A stretch of DNA of 64,000 nucleotides from an uncultured virus (IMG/VR IMGVR_UViG_3300031414_000017) (IMGVR_UViG_3300031414_000017); one strand, 5' to 3'; shown: positions 29,286-38,639, counted from the stretch's first letter. Notes: generated by a model from the letters alone, not told the origin. A program made the numbers and translations.

Positions 29286-30425
29286 ATGTTCGCACTCGAG
29301 AAAGATTTGGAAGTCTTAAACGATGATTGGGATCGTTTAGTGGCGTTAGAAGCATTGGGTGCGGGTCCCGACTATCCTGCAATTGCGGCAATCCGTCAGC
29401 GGTGGTGTTTGTCTGATGACACAGGCCACTTTGTTGCGGGTGAGTCCACACCCATGGAACGGGCCCAAGCCGTTCACGATGCTGCCCGGTTTGGCAGTGT
29501 TGCCGACGTCTATAGCCGTAAGGCCATTGGCAAAGCCGGCAAGGGTGTTGCTAAGGTGGCGAACGTTGCTGGTCGGGTTGCTGGGAAAGGGGTAAAGGCC
29601 GCAGGCGTTGCAGCCGGGCGTACCTCTCACCAGTTGGCCATGCGCTTTGTGGACTTTGCGGATGAACTTGCCAAAGACACCACAAAGAAAATTAAGCATG
29701 TGGTCAACAAGGCAACCGTGCTGGAGAACCAGCTGCACAAACTGCGTAAAGCATTGAGTGAAGCCGGTGAGCTTGGCAAGGGTACCGTGGATACCGGGAC
29801 GTGGACCTCGAAGGTATGCTTTGAAGATAAAGTCGACCTCGATAAGACCATTGAGTTTGCCGGACACACCAAAGTCATTGAAGCCCGCGTGGATGAATTC
29901 ACGGTGCATGTCCGCAGCGTGATGAAAGGCAAGAAAGAGATGGACGACGGTACGGTGGCAAAACTGGGGCGGTCAACCGGTTGGGCAATCAAACGCGCCT
30001 GTCGACTGATTGGCATCGTGAGTCCAGCGAAAGAAATCACGGCCACCTGCTTTGGCGGCAATGTGATTATCGTTGAGCGCATCAAGGGTAACATTACCTA
30101 CGCGGTTGCCAAAGACGGCGATTACGGCCACACTATCCCAGCGTTGTCGAAAGCTGACTGTGAACGGGCGCTCGACGGTGCAGAGAAAGCCATTGAGACT
30201 CTGCGGGCCCTCGGCGTCAAGCGTAAACTCACTGGCTACACAGCCGTGGATGAAGAAGCTGAAACGCTGAAGAAAGAACTGAAGACAGTGGCCTTAAAAG
30301 ACCTGCGTCGTGTCACGGGCTACTACAAGTCGTCTATGGCACTGAACGACGGGTTTGTTACGGCTATGGTGCGTTCAACAGAAGGCCTGCTGGAATACGT
30401 CCGCCTGTCTATCAAGGAGGGGTAA
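29286..30425 (+). CDS. Putative inner-head (ejection) protein, paralog of 28275
   Basis: VALEA and VAGES sites; GTWTSKVCFED, GNVIIVE. Confidence 0.7.
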   Translation: MFALEKDLEVLNDDWDRLVALEALGAGPDYPAIAAIRQRWCLSDDTGHFVAGESTPMERAQAVHDAARFGSVADVYSRKAIGKAGKGVAKVANVAGRVAGKGVKAAGVAAGRTSHQLAMRFVDFADELAKDTTKKIKHVVNKATVLENQLHKLRKALSEAGELGKGTVDTGTWTSKVCFEDKVDLDKTIEFAGHTKVIEARVDEFTVHVRSVMKGKKEMDDGTVAKLGRSTGWAIKRACRLIGIVSPAKEITATCFGGNVIIVERIKGNITYAVAKDGDYGHTIPALSKADCERALDGAEKAIETLRALGVKRKLTGYTAVDEEAETLKKELKTVALKDLRRVTGYYKSSMALNDGFVTAMVRSTEGLLEYVRLSIKEG

Positions 30426-30892
30426 TGATTATTAAAGTTGCCCTTTCGCCCACCTCACCACTGGGGAAGAAGTTTCACAACCAGATACTCCTGCAGTATC
30501 GGAGTCTGTTTGCGACGATGCAACCGTTGGTCAAAGAAATCAACGGGCGTCACGCATACCGCCAGTTCGGGAGTCTCGATTCTAAATGGGGTCCCGGTGA
30601 AAGCATGGCATTGGCCATTGATGAGTCAACGGATACGTTGCTCGGTTTTCTACATTTCTCATACAGCACCTCGGGTGATCGGTTCCTCTGGATTCACAAC
30701 TTCTTTGTTTCGGAAACGGAACGCGGACGGGGCACAGGCAAAGCATTAATGGAGTGGACACAGAACTACGGCCGGAGTAAAGGCTGTCAGTGGGCACAAC
30801 TCTACGTGCTGGACAACAACACGTCTGCACAACGCCTGTACGAATCCATGGGCTTTCAAACCGAGAACCGGGGTATGACTCTGGAGCTCTAA
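30425..30892 (+). CDS. GNAT-family acetyltransferase
   Basis: FFVSETERGRGTGKALM and NTSAQRLYESMGF canonical motifs. Confidence 0.9.
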   Translation: MIIKVALSPTSPLGKKFHNQILLQYRSLFATMQPLVKEINGRHAYRQFGSLDSKWGPGESMALAIDESTDTLLGFLHFSYSTSGDRFLWIHNFFVSETERGRGTGKALMEWTQNYGRSKGCQWAQLYVLDNNTSAQRLYESMGFQTENRGMTLEL

Positions 30893-30893
30893 C

Positions 30894-31484
30894 ATGACTC
30901 ACTTTCGCACGGTACCGCATCACAGCGGTCAACGTTTTACCTTCGGCATTAAACGCTTTGCTCCTATCCACCGTCCCGGCTGGCGTACCGTTCGGGCGAT
31001 GGGACAGTTCTGGCGTTTACCACCCGGTCTTTCGCAGTACCTGACGGATGAAGATGTACAACGGTTAATGACGACCTGTGATGCCCAGCAACGTGCGAGC
31101 TTTGAGCATGTGTGCCACGCTTCAGAACTTCGCAAAACCTGTAACGCAACAACGCAGGGCATTTACTGGACGGGTCAGAAAGCCTTCCAAGTCGGAATGG
31201 AACATGACCCGGTAAAAGTGGTCCCTTGGAGTCAGGCAATTGATGGCGTGGTCTTTACCGGCATTCGTATCACCACCGGCGAGTACGATTACTTGTTGGC
31301 AACCGATAAGGATGTTTCCATGGCCACGTTCTACAAATACCTGATGTTCTACTGGCGTTACATTTCAATGCGCTCTTTAACCACAACCGACCCATGGTGC
31401 ATGTTTAGCAAACTGCCGTACTGTCGTGACAAGAGGCTGGAGAAATGTTCTATCGAGACCTTGAGCGCTTCGCCGACGCATTAA
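30894..31484 (+). CDS. Hypothetical protein
   Basis: 196 aa ORF, GGAG RBS. Confidence 0.7.
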   Translation: MTHFRTVPHHSGQRFTFGIKRFAPIHRPGWRTVRAMGQFWRLPPGLSQYLTDEDVQRLMTTCDAQQRASFEHVCHASELRKTCNATTQGIYWTGQKAFQVGMEHDPVKVVPWSQAIDGVVFTGIRITTGEYDYLLATDKDVSMATFYKYLMFYWRYISMRSLTTTDPWCMFSKLPYCRDKRLEKCSIETLSASPTH

Positions 31485-31822
31485 ACCGGCAAGAGTTAAA
31501 CAAGGACGGCAAACTGCACGATGTGGTTTACGTCCTTGAGCACACCGATGATGCGCCCCGTGTGGCAGTGACCTGCGAACCGATTGGGGCAGGCGTGAAT
31601 CGGGTGTGCCTGAGTGTTCGTTCTGCCCACGGTGAGATTGTCCTGAACTTCCGTGCCGACCACGAGTATCTGTTGGTGCTGCGTTCTTACATCCGTCAAC
31701 CTGACCACGATAATAGCCTTATCGTGCGGTGGTGCGACGACTACCAAGGGTTTGGCTTTCCGCTAGAGGCCCACAAACGCACGGTATATGAGTTCGTCCG
31801 TGCTGTTGTTAACGGCTTTTAG
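31445..31822 (+). CDS. Hypothetical protein
   Basis: 125 aa ORF, GGAG RBS. Confidence 0.7.
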   Translation: MFYRDLERFADALNRQELNKDGKLHDVVYVLEHTDDAPRVAVTCEPIGAGVNRVCLSVRSAHGEIVLNFRADHEYLLVLRSYIRQPDHDNSLIVRWCDDYQGFGFPLEAHKRTVYEFVRAVVNGF

Positions 31823-31830
31823 GAGGGAAG

Positions 31831-32421
31831 ATGATACTCGACTCGATTATTTTAATCGCCAATAAATCTGTAACGACCAAAAAAGAAATCCCTCCGACTG
31901 TTGCCGTTCATCGCGGACGTTACAAGCGACTCTATCACATTGCAACCGTGGTGGAGATTGCCTGTAAAGTGGCCAAAATGAAACGTCCTCCGTCGTCCCG
32001 GGATTTCAACCGTGTTAAAGGTATTCTGCACAAAGCGATTTGTGTGATTCACCAAAAGCGTCACAAGTCACCGTACCGTGGTTTGCTGCGCACCCCACAG
32101 GAGGTTCCCATGACCCGTGAGGGTATTGTGGACTTACGTGAGAAGACGTGTAACGTTGCAGGCTTAGCCCGTCAGCGTCTGACGTCGATTATCAACGAAA
32201 CCAAAAGTCCCGCAAGTTTGCAAGAAGCCACCGCCGCCATCGAACTGATGAAGACGGCTGAGCTTGTGATTGTAGAGAGCGATATCCAGTCGTATCGTCT
32301 GCAACACTACCTTGCCGAGCGTGGACTGCTGCCACTCGTTATCACCAGTGCCCAAGCTGTTGGCCTTGATATGCCAGCGACCGACGGGGATTGGTCAGAG
32401 CCGGTCGTTGATCATCAGTAA
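31831..32421 (+). CDS. Hypothetical protein
   Basis: 196 aa ORF, AGGAGG RBS. Confidence 0.7.
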   Translation: MILDSIILIANKSVTTKKEIPPTVAVHRGRYKRLYHIATVVEIACKVAKMKRPPSSRDFNRVKGILHKAICVIHQKRHKSPYRGLLRTPQEVPMTREGIVDLREKTCNVAGLARQRLTSIINETKSPASLQEATAAIELMKTAELVIVESDIQSYRLQHYLAERGLLPLVITSAQAVGLDMPATDGDWSEPVVDHQ

Positions 32422-32426
32422 CAGTC

Positions 32427-32461
32427 TCCACCTCTTCGGAGGTGGAATTGTTATTTTCTTT
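32427..32461 (+). terminator. Rho-independent terminator
   Basis: TCCACCTC-TTCG-GAGGTGGA with a T-rich tail. Confidence 0.75.
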
Positions 32462-32533
32462 AGTCCCAACACTAATTACAGATGCTGCCCATTATTTGAC
32501 CAATCCGCAGCAGTGAATACGGAAATAAACAAC

Positions 32534-33157
32534 GTGAGAAAAATAGTTTCTTGGGACGGCCCTGACTACGCCGGTAAGACCTATCTGCGCGCTAAAGTGC
32601 AAGCCATGTTAGAGGTGTTAGGCTACACGGTTAAGTCCTACGGCAACCCCCGTATTGATTCCCCGACCGGACAAGAGGCACGTCGTCTCCTGCTCCAGTC
32701 AGCCTCGAGTGAACGCGTCGCAGAAGCCATGGTTGCTGATTTCCACGCAACCCTAAACGCGCCTGAGAATCAGGACGTGGACTTCTTGTTTATGGACCAC
32801 TTCCTCGCGAGTACCACAGTCCATCAAGGTGAAGCCGGTAAGGTGGCTGCTTTCCGTTCAGGCATTATCGAACAGATGGCACCGCCCCACGTCTTCATCT
32901 CGTTAGATGTAGACTACAACACAGCAATGAAACGCGCTCGTCAGAGACGCGAACAAGAAGGCAAGCCGTGGGAGGACGATGTCCTGACCTACAAATACAC
33001 TCAGAACGAAGAGTCGTGGAATGGGCTGCGCGAGAAGTTTCGTTTCGCACTGCACGTCCTGACCGAAGGTGGTACCCGGTGTAACCACATCGCGATGCCC
33101 ACTGGAGAAATCGGCCCGAGCGCTATTGCAAAGTTAGTCCATGAGCTGACCCGATAA
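32534..33157 (+). CDS. tmk: Thymidylate (dNMP) kinase
   Basis: P-loop WDGPDYAGKT, FMDHFLAST (DR-motif variant), PHVFISLDVD...AMKR; GTG start. Confidence 0.8.
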   Translation: MRKIVSWDGPDYAGKTYLRAKVQAMLEVLGYTVKSYGNPRIDSPTGQEARRLLLQSASSERVAEAMVADFHATLNAPENQDVDFLFMDHFLASTTVHQGEAGKVAAFRSGIIEQMAPPHVFISLDVDYNTAMKRARQRREQEGKPWEDDVLTYKYTQNEESWNGLREKFRFALHVLTEGGTRCNHIAMPTGEIGPSAIAKLVHELTR

Positions 33158-33168
33158 AAAAGCAGTAC

Positions 33169-33203
33169 CCCCTACTCCAAAAGAGTAGGGGTCTTTTCTT
33201 TTA
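33169..33203 (+). terminator. Rho-independent terminator
   Basis: CCCCTACTC...GAGTAGGGG followed by a T-tract; near copy of the 2341 hairpin. Confidence 0.8.
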
Positions 33204-33217
33204 TCCTAAATTTTTAC

Positions 33218-33237
33218 AGGTAGATATTATCATTGTG
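33218..33237 (+). promoter_or_regulatory. Class I promoter-like motif
   Basis: AGGTAGATATTATCATTGTG. Confidence 0.7.
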
Positions 33238-33314
33238 AGTATTAAGCAATCACTTGATTAATGCCGACCAAAAAGGAAATAAAAAAGATGGGAACATAAC
33301 AGAGGAGAAATACC

Positions 33315-33701
33315 ATGTTCTATTTAATGAAAGAAAGTGTAGTAGAGTTTTTTGTTAAACTGCGCGTTGCGCATTGGGTAAGAAAACACGGATGCAGTTT
33401 CCGCAATGTGGTGAGTTACCACAAGCCCGGTTACGTGCGTCCCACGATTCCACAGTTCCATCAGGGTCGTGTGAAGTTCGATGATGAAGCGTACCAAAAG
33501 CTGTGTAAGATATTACACCGCAAGGTTACTGTAGACACATGGGAAATTGATATACCGGACAGTGAAACTAAAACCAAAATCCATCCGGTCACAACCCCGT
33601 GTGTAGCCATACCCGCATGGCTGGTCACTGGTGAAGTGCGTGACTTCGGTCGCAAACATCACGGCCAGATTTACATTCCAATCTACATCGACGTTATCTA
33701 A
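33315..33701 (+). CDS. Hypothetical protein, paralog pair C
   Basis: 128 aa; TWEI...TPCVAI...IYIPIY shared with 33761. Confidence 0.75.
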   Translation: MFYLMKESVVEFFVKLRVAHWVRKHGCSFRNVVSYHKPGYVRPTIPQFHQGRVKFDDEAYQKLCKILHRKVTVDTWEIDIPDSETKTKIHPVTTPCVAIPAWLVTGEVRDFGRKHHGQIYIPIYIDVI

Positions 33702-33707
33702 GCTGTG

Positions 33708-33737
33708 GGGAACATCCGAAAGGGTGTTCCCTTTTTC
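33708..33737 (+). terminator. Rho-independent terminator
   Basis: GGGAACATCC-GAAA-GGGTGTTCCC-TTTTT. Confidence 0.85.
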
Positions 33738-33760
33738 TCATTAATTGTAAGGAGTAATAA

Positions 33761-34180
33761 ATGACTGGAACTGAATTTGTAAAAGAAGTCTTCGCTGATG
33801 GACTTAGCGATGCATTAAGAAGCTATGCGATTAACCGCCTTATCGTGAAACACGCCCAACCGTTTCGCAACGATTGTTCACAAGGCATGTGGTCAAACCT
33901 CCCACACGATCAGAGGCCAAGCCTGACCCACCGTGGCGGGGCTTTCCATGCCCGCATGGATATGGATACCGTGTACAAACTCCAGAAGCTTCTCGACGAG
34001 AAGATTATCATCACCACATGGGAGCTGAAGCCCCAAGACTACAGTCCATTAGAAGAGCCGTGTGGCCAAGTCACCCCGTGTATCGTCATTGATGCAGGAC
34101 GTCTGACTGAATCCACCCGTCGCTTAGGCCGTGTCTGTGGCACCGCTATTTATATCCCTTTCTATCGTCGTCCGAACTGA
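33761..34180 (+). CDS. Hypothetical protein, paralog pair C
   Basis: 139 aa; TWEL...TPCIVI...IYIPFY. Confidence 0.8.
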   Translation: MTGTEFVKEVFADGLSDALRSYAINRLIVKHAQPFRNDCSQGMWSNLPHDQRPSLTHRGGAFHARMDMDTVYKLQKLLDEKIIITTWELKPQDYSPLEEPCGQVTPCIVIDAGRLTESTRRLGRVCGTAIYIPFYRRPN

Positions 34181-34200
34181 AACCTGTAAGGAGTAATATC

Positions 34201-34551
34201 ATGGCTAAACGTACCAAGTGTGTCGATCTTAATCGTGCCAAGAATCAATTCTTAAACCAGCTTTCTCTGGTTATCGCTCGCCTGAACTACAAACACACTC
34301 AGCGTGAAATCGCAGCGGTGTGTGGCGTATCTTCATCTATCATCAGCAACATCAAGAACGACAAGAAAGACATGGTGTCGCTGGATGCATTAATGACGGT
34401 GGCGAAGAAACTCGGGTTAGACTTCGAAGTTGCCCTGCGTAACAAAGACAACCAAACCCAAGTGCGTGTGCATGTGGAGTCGGCCTTAGAATACCAGACC
34501 CGTATCAAAGGGGCAGGATTCAAAGTCCACCACGAATTGCGTTTGCACTAA
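34201..34551 (+). CDS. XRE-family helix-turn-helix protein
   Basis: TQREIAAVCGVSSSIISNIKNDK...SLDALMTVAKKLGL. Confidence 0.85.
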   Translation: MAKRTKCVDLNRAKNQFLNQLSLVIARLNYKHTQREIAAVCGVSSSIISNIKNDKKDMVSLDALMTVAKKLGLDFEVALRNKDNQTQVRVHVESALEYQTRIKGAGFKVHHELRLH

Positions 34552-34560
34552 GGAATTGTC

Positions 34561-34851
34561 ATGGGAATGTCAGTTGAAACAAAGGCATTAAAGCGAGCAG
34601 GTATTCGCCGTGCCTTGGCGCGTACTCGAAAGAAGTTGGATGAGACGGTGGCGTTACTTCCCGAAGAGGGCGTGATACCTTTTACGTACATCTGTCATTT
34701 CAATGAAGTGGCACGACTGATGACCCGAATGCGTAACCTCAACATCACCCTCGCGTATCTGGCCGGGATTACCAACAAGACGCAGGCCGTGATGTATCAG
34801 GTCACTGAACCGCGTATCTCGCAGATAGTGAAATCAGTGTTGTACAAGTAG
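34561..34851 (+). CDS. Small protein with a probable C-terminal HTH
   Basis: GITNKTQAVMYQVTEPRISQIVK matches an HTH pattern. Confidence 0.6.
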   Translation: MGMSVETKALKRAGIRRALARTRKKLDETVALLPEEGVIPFTYICHFNEVARLMTRMRNLNITLAYLAGITNKTQAVMYQVTEPRISQIVKSVLYK

Positions 34852-34859
34852 TAGAAAAT

Positions 34860-34890
34860 GGGGGCTTAAATTGCCCCCGCTTCTTTTTTT
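34860..34890 (+). terminator. Rho-independent terminator
   Basis: GGGGGC...GCCCCC followed by a T-tract. Confidence 0.7.
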
Positions 34891-34916
34891 GTCTAAGTGC
34901 GATTGGATTTTATTTC

Positions 34917-34936
34917 AGATAGATATAATTAAGGTG
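34917..34936 (+). promoter_or_regulatory. Class I promoter-like motif
   Basis: AGATAGATATAATTAAGGTG. Confidence 0.7.
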
Positions 34937-34987
34937 AGAGAATATTAATACTCTCTTCTAATCCACTTAAACAAAAGGAAATTTATC

Positions 34988-35293
34988 ATGGGCTTATTAT
35001 CTAAACTGTTCGGCGAAGACACTACTGCAACTACTGTTAAGAATCCACTGGACAATACTATCGTTGCTGATAAAGAACTGGGCTTCTTTGGCGAAGAAGT
35101 TGCACGCGTTGGTGTTGCACTGTCTCATGCACACTCTCGTAACGACAGCCGTAAAATGGCACGTTGCTTAGCCGCTCTGCGTCTGCTGCGTGAAATGAAC
35201 GAAGACACTGGCTTCCAGTTAGCAATGCCTAAAAACCTGAGCACCTACCGTGCCCGTAAAGCACGCGGTGAGTTCCCGTTCTTAGATGTCTAA
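34988..35293 (+). CDS. Small hypothetical protein, probably early and highly expressed
   Basis: 101 aa, AAGGA RBS, strong codon bias, directly after a class I motif. Confidence 0.75.
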   Translation: MGLLSKLFGEDTTATTVKNPLDNTIVADKELGFFGEEVARVGVALSHAHSRNDSRKMARCLAALRLLREMNEDTGFQLAMPKNLSTYRARKARGEFPFLDV

Positions 35294-35328
35294 TATAAAC
35301 ACCCTCCCCCTCAAACAAGGAGTACACC

Positions 35329-35538
35329 ATGTTTAATGCAGTTCTGTCCATCGTCAGCCGTTTCACCACCAAAGAAGTAGCACCAGTCGCTGCTCCCGTC
35401 GTGGAGCGCCGCAAGCCTGAGAACTATGGCGTGCGTCTGGCTGTATTGTGCACAGACCTGCATCAAGCAATGGTCGAAAATCGCTGGAAGGATGTCGAAA
35501 CTCTGCGCAAGCAGATTGATGTCCTTCTCGGCAAATAA
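35329..35538 (+). CDS. Small hypothetical protein with a helical hairpin
   Basis: 69 aa, AAGGAG RBS. Confidence 0.75.
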   Translation: MFNAVLSIVSRFTTKEVAPVAAPVVERRKPENYGVRLAVLCTDLHQAMVENRWKDVETLRKQIDVLLGK

Positions 35539-35542
35539 AAGA

Positions 35543-35572
35543 GGCACCTTCGGGTGCCCTTATTTTTTATTT
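35543..35572 (+). terminator. Rho-independent terminator
   Basis: GGCACC-TTCG-GGTGCC with a T-tract. Confidence 0.8.
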
Positions 35573-35594
35573 AAATTGAAAGGAGTAATCCATT

Positions 35595-36242
35595 ATGTTA
35601 ACACCAGTCCAGTCTCTGTTGGATGTTCAATTCGCCCCATCCGTTCAAGCGTTGCGTGAAAGCGTGGAGCTCTTCTTAACCTCGATTGAGTCAGTGACCT
35701 TTGACCAGTTCGCTTACCTGAACGCCCACATGGAAGTCGAGAAGCTTGCCATCTGCTACGTCGACGACGATGTAGTCAGTGTGGTGATTCAAGGCGGCTT
35801 AAATAAAGCGTCTATCAAATCACTCGCCCTCCACTATACCCAAGCCAAATCCGTGCGCGTTTACTACAGCGACTTCGATGACTTTCCAAAAGGGGATGAC
35901 TGGTCTGTAGAAGGCCTGACGTTCCTGATGGACAACCCACCGTTTGATGAATCACTGCCACCGTTCGAAGTGGAGCGTGATGATGTCTATGTGTCCATTG
36001 TCTGCGGTGAGAAGAAGATAATGGGCACGTACCTCGAAGACCTTAACTCCTACTCGGTACTGGTCATGGGTGACTACGAACCGAAGATGGTTGAAGATAT
36101 CAAACTGGTGCAAGCCTTCGCTAACGGACAAGGCTGTCGCCTGCTGGTTCAGGCATTGGACAACTCATGGATAAAGCCGATGTTCGACATGGGCTTTTCT
36201 GCGAACCGCTGGATTCTGAAAGCGGACTTCGCCCACCTCTAA
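35595..36242 (+). CDS. Hypothetical protein, possible degenerate tandem-GNAT fold
   Basis: C-terminus VQAFANGQGCRLLV...PMFDMGFSANRW resembles GNAT motif B. Confidence 0.6.
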   Translation: MLTPVQSLLDVQFAPSVQALRESVELFLTSIESVTFDQFAYLNAHMEVEKLAICYVDDDVVSVVIQGGLNKASIKSLALHYTQAKSVRVYYSDFDDFPKGDDWSVEGLTFLMDNPPFDESLPPFEVERDDVYVSIVCGEKKIMGTYLEDLNSYSVLVMGDYEPKMVEDIKLVQAFANGQGCRLLVQALDNSWIKPMFDMGFSANRWILKADFAHL

Positions 36243-36319
36243 AATTACAGTACGTGCCGATGTTATAGCCGCCGCTGTCCGGTCAAAGACAGCCAAACCT
36301 TAATTGAGAGAAAATAGAA

Positions 36320-37063
36320 ATGGCTAAATTATTTGCAACCTACGAAGAAATGCAGCAAACCGTTGATATCATGTCCACAATGATTTCCACCGACCACAAG
36401 CGTCGTCTGGTCTTCTACCGTGAGCGTGCCACCAACCGGTCTGTTCGCACAATTCGTACCGCGATAATTAATCTGGTAACGGATGAGGTGACTGCACTTC
36501 AGACCCCGTTTAAGATGGATGGACCTACCAACGACCCATTGACCCCAATGGCGAAGTGGAAGGGGTTCCGCCAAGCACTTTCTCGTTTCTTCTTTACGCG
36601 TATCGCTCGTAAGCCGGCCTTGATGGTACTGGCAAACGATCGTGACCTCGATTCGCTGGAACGGGACTTACCCGAACTGGGGTACTTGTTGGAATTCAAC
36701 AAGTTCCTGAAGCGTGGTTGCTTTACGAATATTGCGGTAGAAGACATGGAAAGTAAAGACGGTTGGCCAACCAAGTTCATGTGGAGTGCAACCCATCGTT
36801 ATAACCACAGTGTGCGCAAGCTCTTAGTGAGCCGTACGCTGCAGTGGGTCAGTGACACCCGTGGATTTGCAACGAGTGCGTTAGCCGAAATCCGGATTGG
36901 TAAACATGCCATAGGCGTGCAGGACAACGGTAAGCTTCAGTACCTGAGTTTCGCACTGACCTACCCGGTTGCAGAATGGCCGACAGTAGATGCGTTAATG
37001 AAAGACCCGCAGATTGAACCACTGGTTGAACTCTTGGTTCAAAAGCCGATGCGCGCCGGTTAA
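36320..37063 (+). CDS. Hypothetical protein, paralog group D
   Basis: 247 aa ORF. Confidence 0.75.
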   Translation: MAKLFATYEEMQQTVDIMSTMISTDHKRRLVFYRERATNRSVRTIRTAIINLVTDEVTALQTPFKMDGPTNDPLTPMAKWKGFRQALSRFFFTRIARKPALMVLANDRDLDSLERDLPELGYLLEFNKFLKRGCFTNIAVEDMESKDGWPTKFMWSATHRYNHSVRKLLVSRTLQWVSDTRGFATSALAEIRIGKHAIGVQDNGKLQYLSFALTYPVAEWPTVDALMKDPQIEPLVELLVQKPMRAG

Positions 37064-37094
37064 AGCGTGACCTAACCCTGTATGGAGAACGAAC

Positions 37095-37766
37095 ATGGCA
37101 ACACTTAGTTTAGTCAAGAAAGGTATGGCGATTGATGATCTCATGAAGATGTCGCGTATTGTGCAGCACCCTGAACTCCCGGAGATTTTCATGGCCGGTC
37201 AGAGGCTTCACTTGCTCAGCGACACGGTTGACAACATTCACTTTATTGTGGCGTCTGCGGACGGTGCAGTGAGTCGTGTCTTCAACCGCGTGAAGAACAT
37301 TCGGGACAAAGTAACGTTGTTGCCCTTTCGCCAAATCATTCGCGACGAACGCGGGATGTACTTCTTTAAGGTGCTGGCTAATAAGCCCGCGGCCTTAGAA
37401 GCATTCAAAGCACGGGACAGCCAGAAGATGATTGCGGCCTCGCCGCTGTTCTACGGGTTGTCTCGCGCCTATGTCGAATCGGGTGCCCAATCCATCACCG
37501 GTAAGGACACCCGCGAAGTGTGGGCAGTGCCACAGTGGGTCGGCGTATTGCGTGGGGATGTTAAAGGCACAGCCATTAACTTCTCGCGTAAGGTTGTCTA
37601 CTCACCGGCGCTCGACACGACCCGCGTGGTCTACGAGTTCACCCGTGACGATGGGGACGTGTTGACGTTAGAGAATAAGACGACTGGCGTAAGCTGGTCG
37701 AAGGCCAGTGAGTTCCTCTCTAAAGAGGACATCACGGCAATTCTCGCCTCGTTCTACAAGCTGTAA
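37095..37766 (+). CDS. Hypothetical protein, paralog group D
   Basis: 223 aa ORF, GGAG RBS. Confidence 0.75.
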   Translation: MATLSLVKKGMAIDDLMKMSRIVQHPELPEIFMAGQRLHLLSDTVDNIHFIVASADGAVSRVFNRVKNIRDKVTLLPFRQIIRDERGMYFFKVLANKPAALEAFKARDSQKMIAASPLFYGLSRAYVESGAQSITGKDTREVWAVPQWVGVLRGDVKGTAINFSRKVVYSPALDTTRVVYEFTRDDGDVLTLENKTTGVSWSKASEFLSKEDITAILASFYKL

Positions 37767-37770
37767 GTCG

Positions 37771-37800
37771 CAGGCCGCCTTCGGGTGGCCTGTTTTATTT
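37771..37800 (+). terminator. Rho-independent terminator
   Basis: CAGGCCGCC-TTCG-GGTGGCCTG-TTTT. Confidence 0.85.
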
Positions 37801-37851
37801 AACCCGATGCGTGCCGGGCAAAGCGCGACTCTTTTATCTGAGGATGTAAAA

Positions 37852-38598
37852 ATGAATGATGTCGTTACGGGCGGTAATATCAAAGACCTGCTGGAAAATC
37901 CTTACTTCGTGAAGGTGATAACCCTGCGGGCACCGAATACCACGTTCGCTGCAGTGGCGATGCGTCCAGTGGAGAAGAAGGTGGTGACGCGTGTGTTTAT
38001 CTACGATACACATACGGGGATCATCCTCAAGAAGGCTACGAGCGGGGCGAATATCGACCACACCGTTCGTGGGTTTACCCCCGCGAGTTTCGGCTTCACC
38101 ATGGCAATGGAAACGAATGAGTATTTCCTGCGCCACTGCTCAACGGATCTTGACATTTACCGTGCAATCGTTGGCTGTGACGAAGAAACATTGAAGCGTC
38201 TTGACCGGGTACTCCATGGGTTATGTTGTCTGCGTCGTGCTGCGCAAGCACAGACCCCGGCAGCTTACTTGTCTACCTTCCCAGTGGGGCAGAACTACTG
38301 GCAGGGACATGTACGTCATGTCTTCCCTGAGGGGGATGTTCGTGTGAACCGCAAGATGATGTTTAAAGTACCGGGCAGGGGGAAGCTTGAAACGATTAAC
38401 GCTGCCCCGACGATTACCCATGAAGCTCGGTTCGATTTGCTGCCCTTCAGACACGCTCCAGAAGATGGTGTGCAACTCACCCTGACGCGCTATTACGAGC
38501 ACGGTAAATGGCCAACGCTTAAAGCCTTTCTTGCAGAAGAGCGTAACGTGCCGTATGTCGAGGCGTTCTTAAAAGAAAAGGTGCAGCACGGTAAATGA
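37852..38598 (+). CDS. Hypothetical protein, paralog group D
   Basis: Start MNDVV with GAGG RBS. Confidence 0.75.
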   Translation: MNDVVTGGNIKDLLENPYFVKVITLRAPNTTFAAVAMRPVEKKVVTRVFIYDTHTGIILKKATSGANIDHTVRGFTPASFGFTMAMETNEYFLRHCSTDLDIYRAIVGCDEETLKRLDRVLHGLCCLRRAAQAQTPAAYLSTFPVGQNYWQGHVRHVFPEGDVRVNRKMMFKVPGRGKLETINAAPTITHEARFDLLPFRHAPEDGVQLTLTRYYEHGKWPTLKAFLAEERNVPYVEAFLKEKVQHGK

Positions 38599-38603
38599 GT
38601 ATC

Positions 38604-38639
38604 AAGGCCACCTTCGGGTGGTCTTTTTCTTTTATTTTT
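38604..38639 (+). terminator. Rho-independent terminator
   Basis: GGCCACC-TTCG-GGTGGTC followed by a T-tract. Confidence 0.85.

Noticed and set aside
32312..32533. Long N-terminal extensions in the ORF track (also 5430, 27343, 37708, 38618, 46476, 54705, 58006, 62517)
   Set aside because: They run through terminators or upstream genes; downstream starts with RBSs or paralog-matched N-termini fit better.
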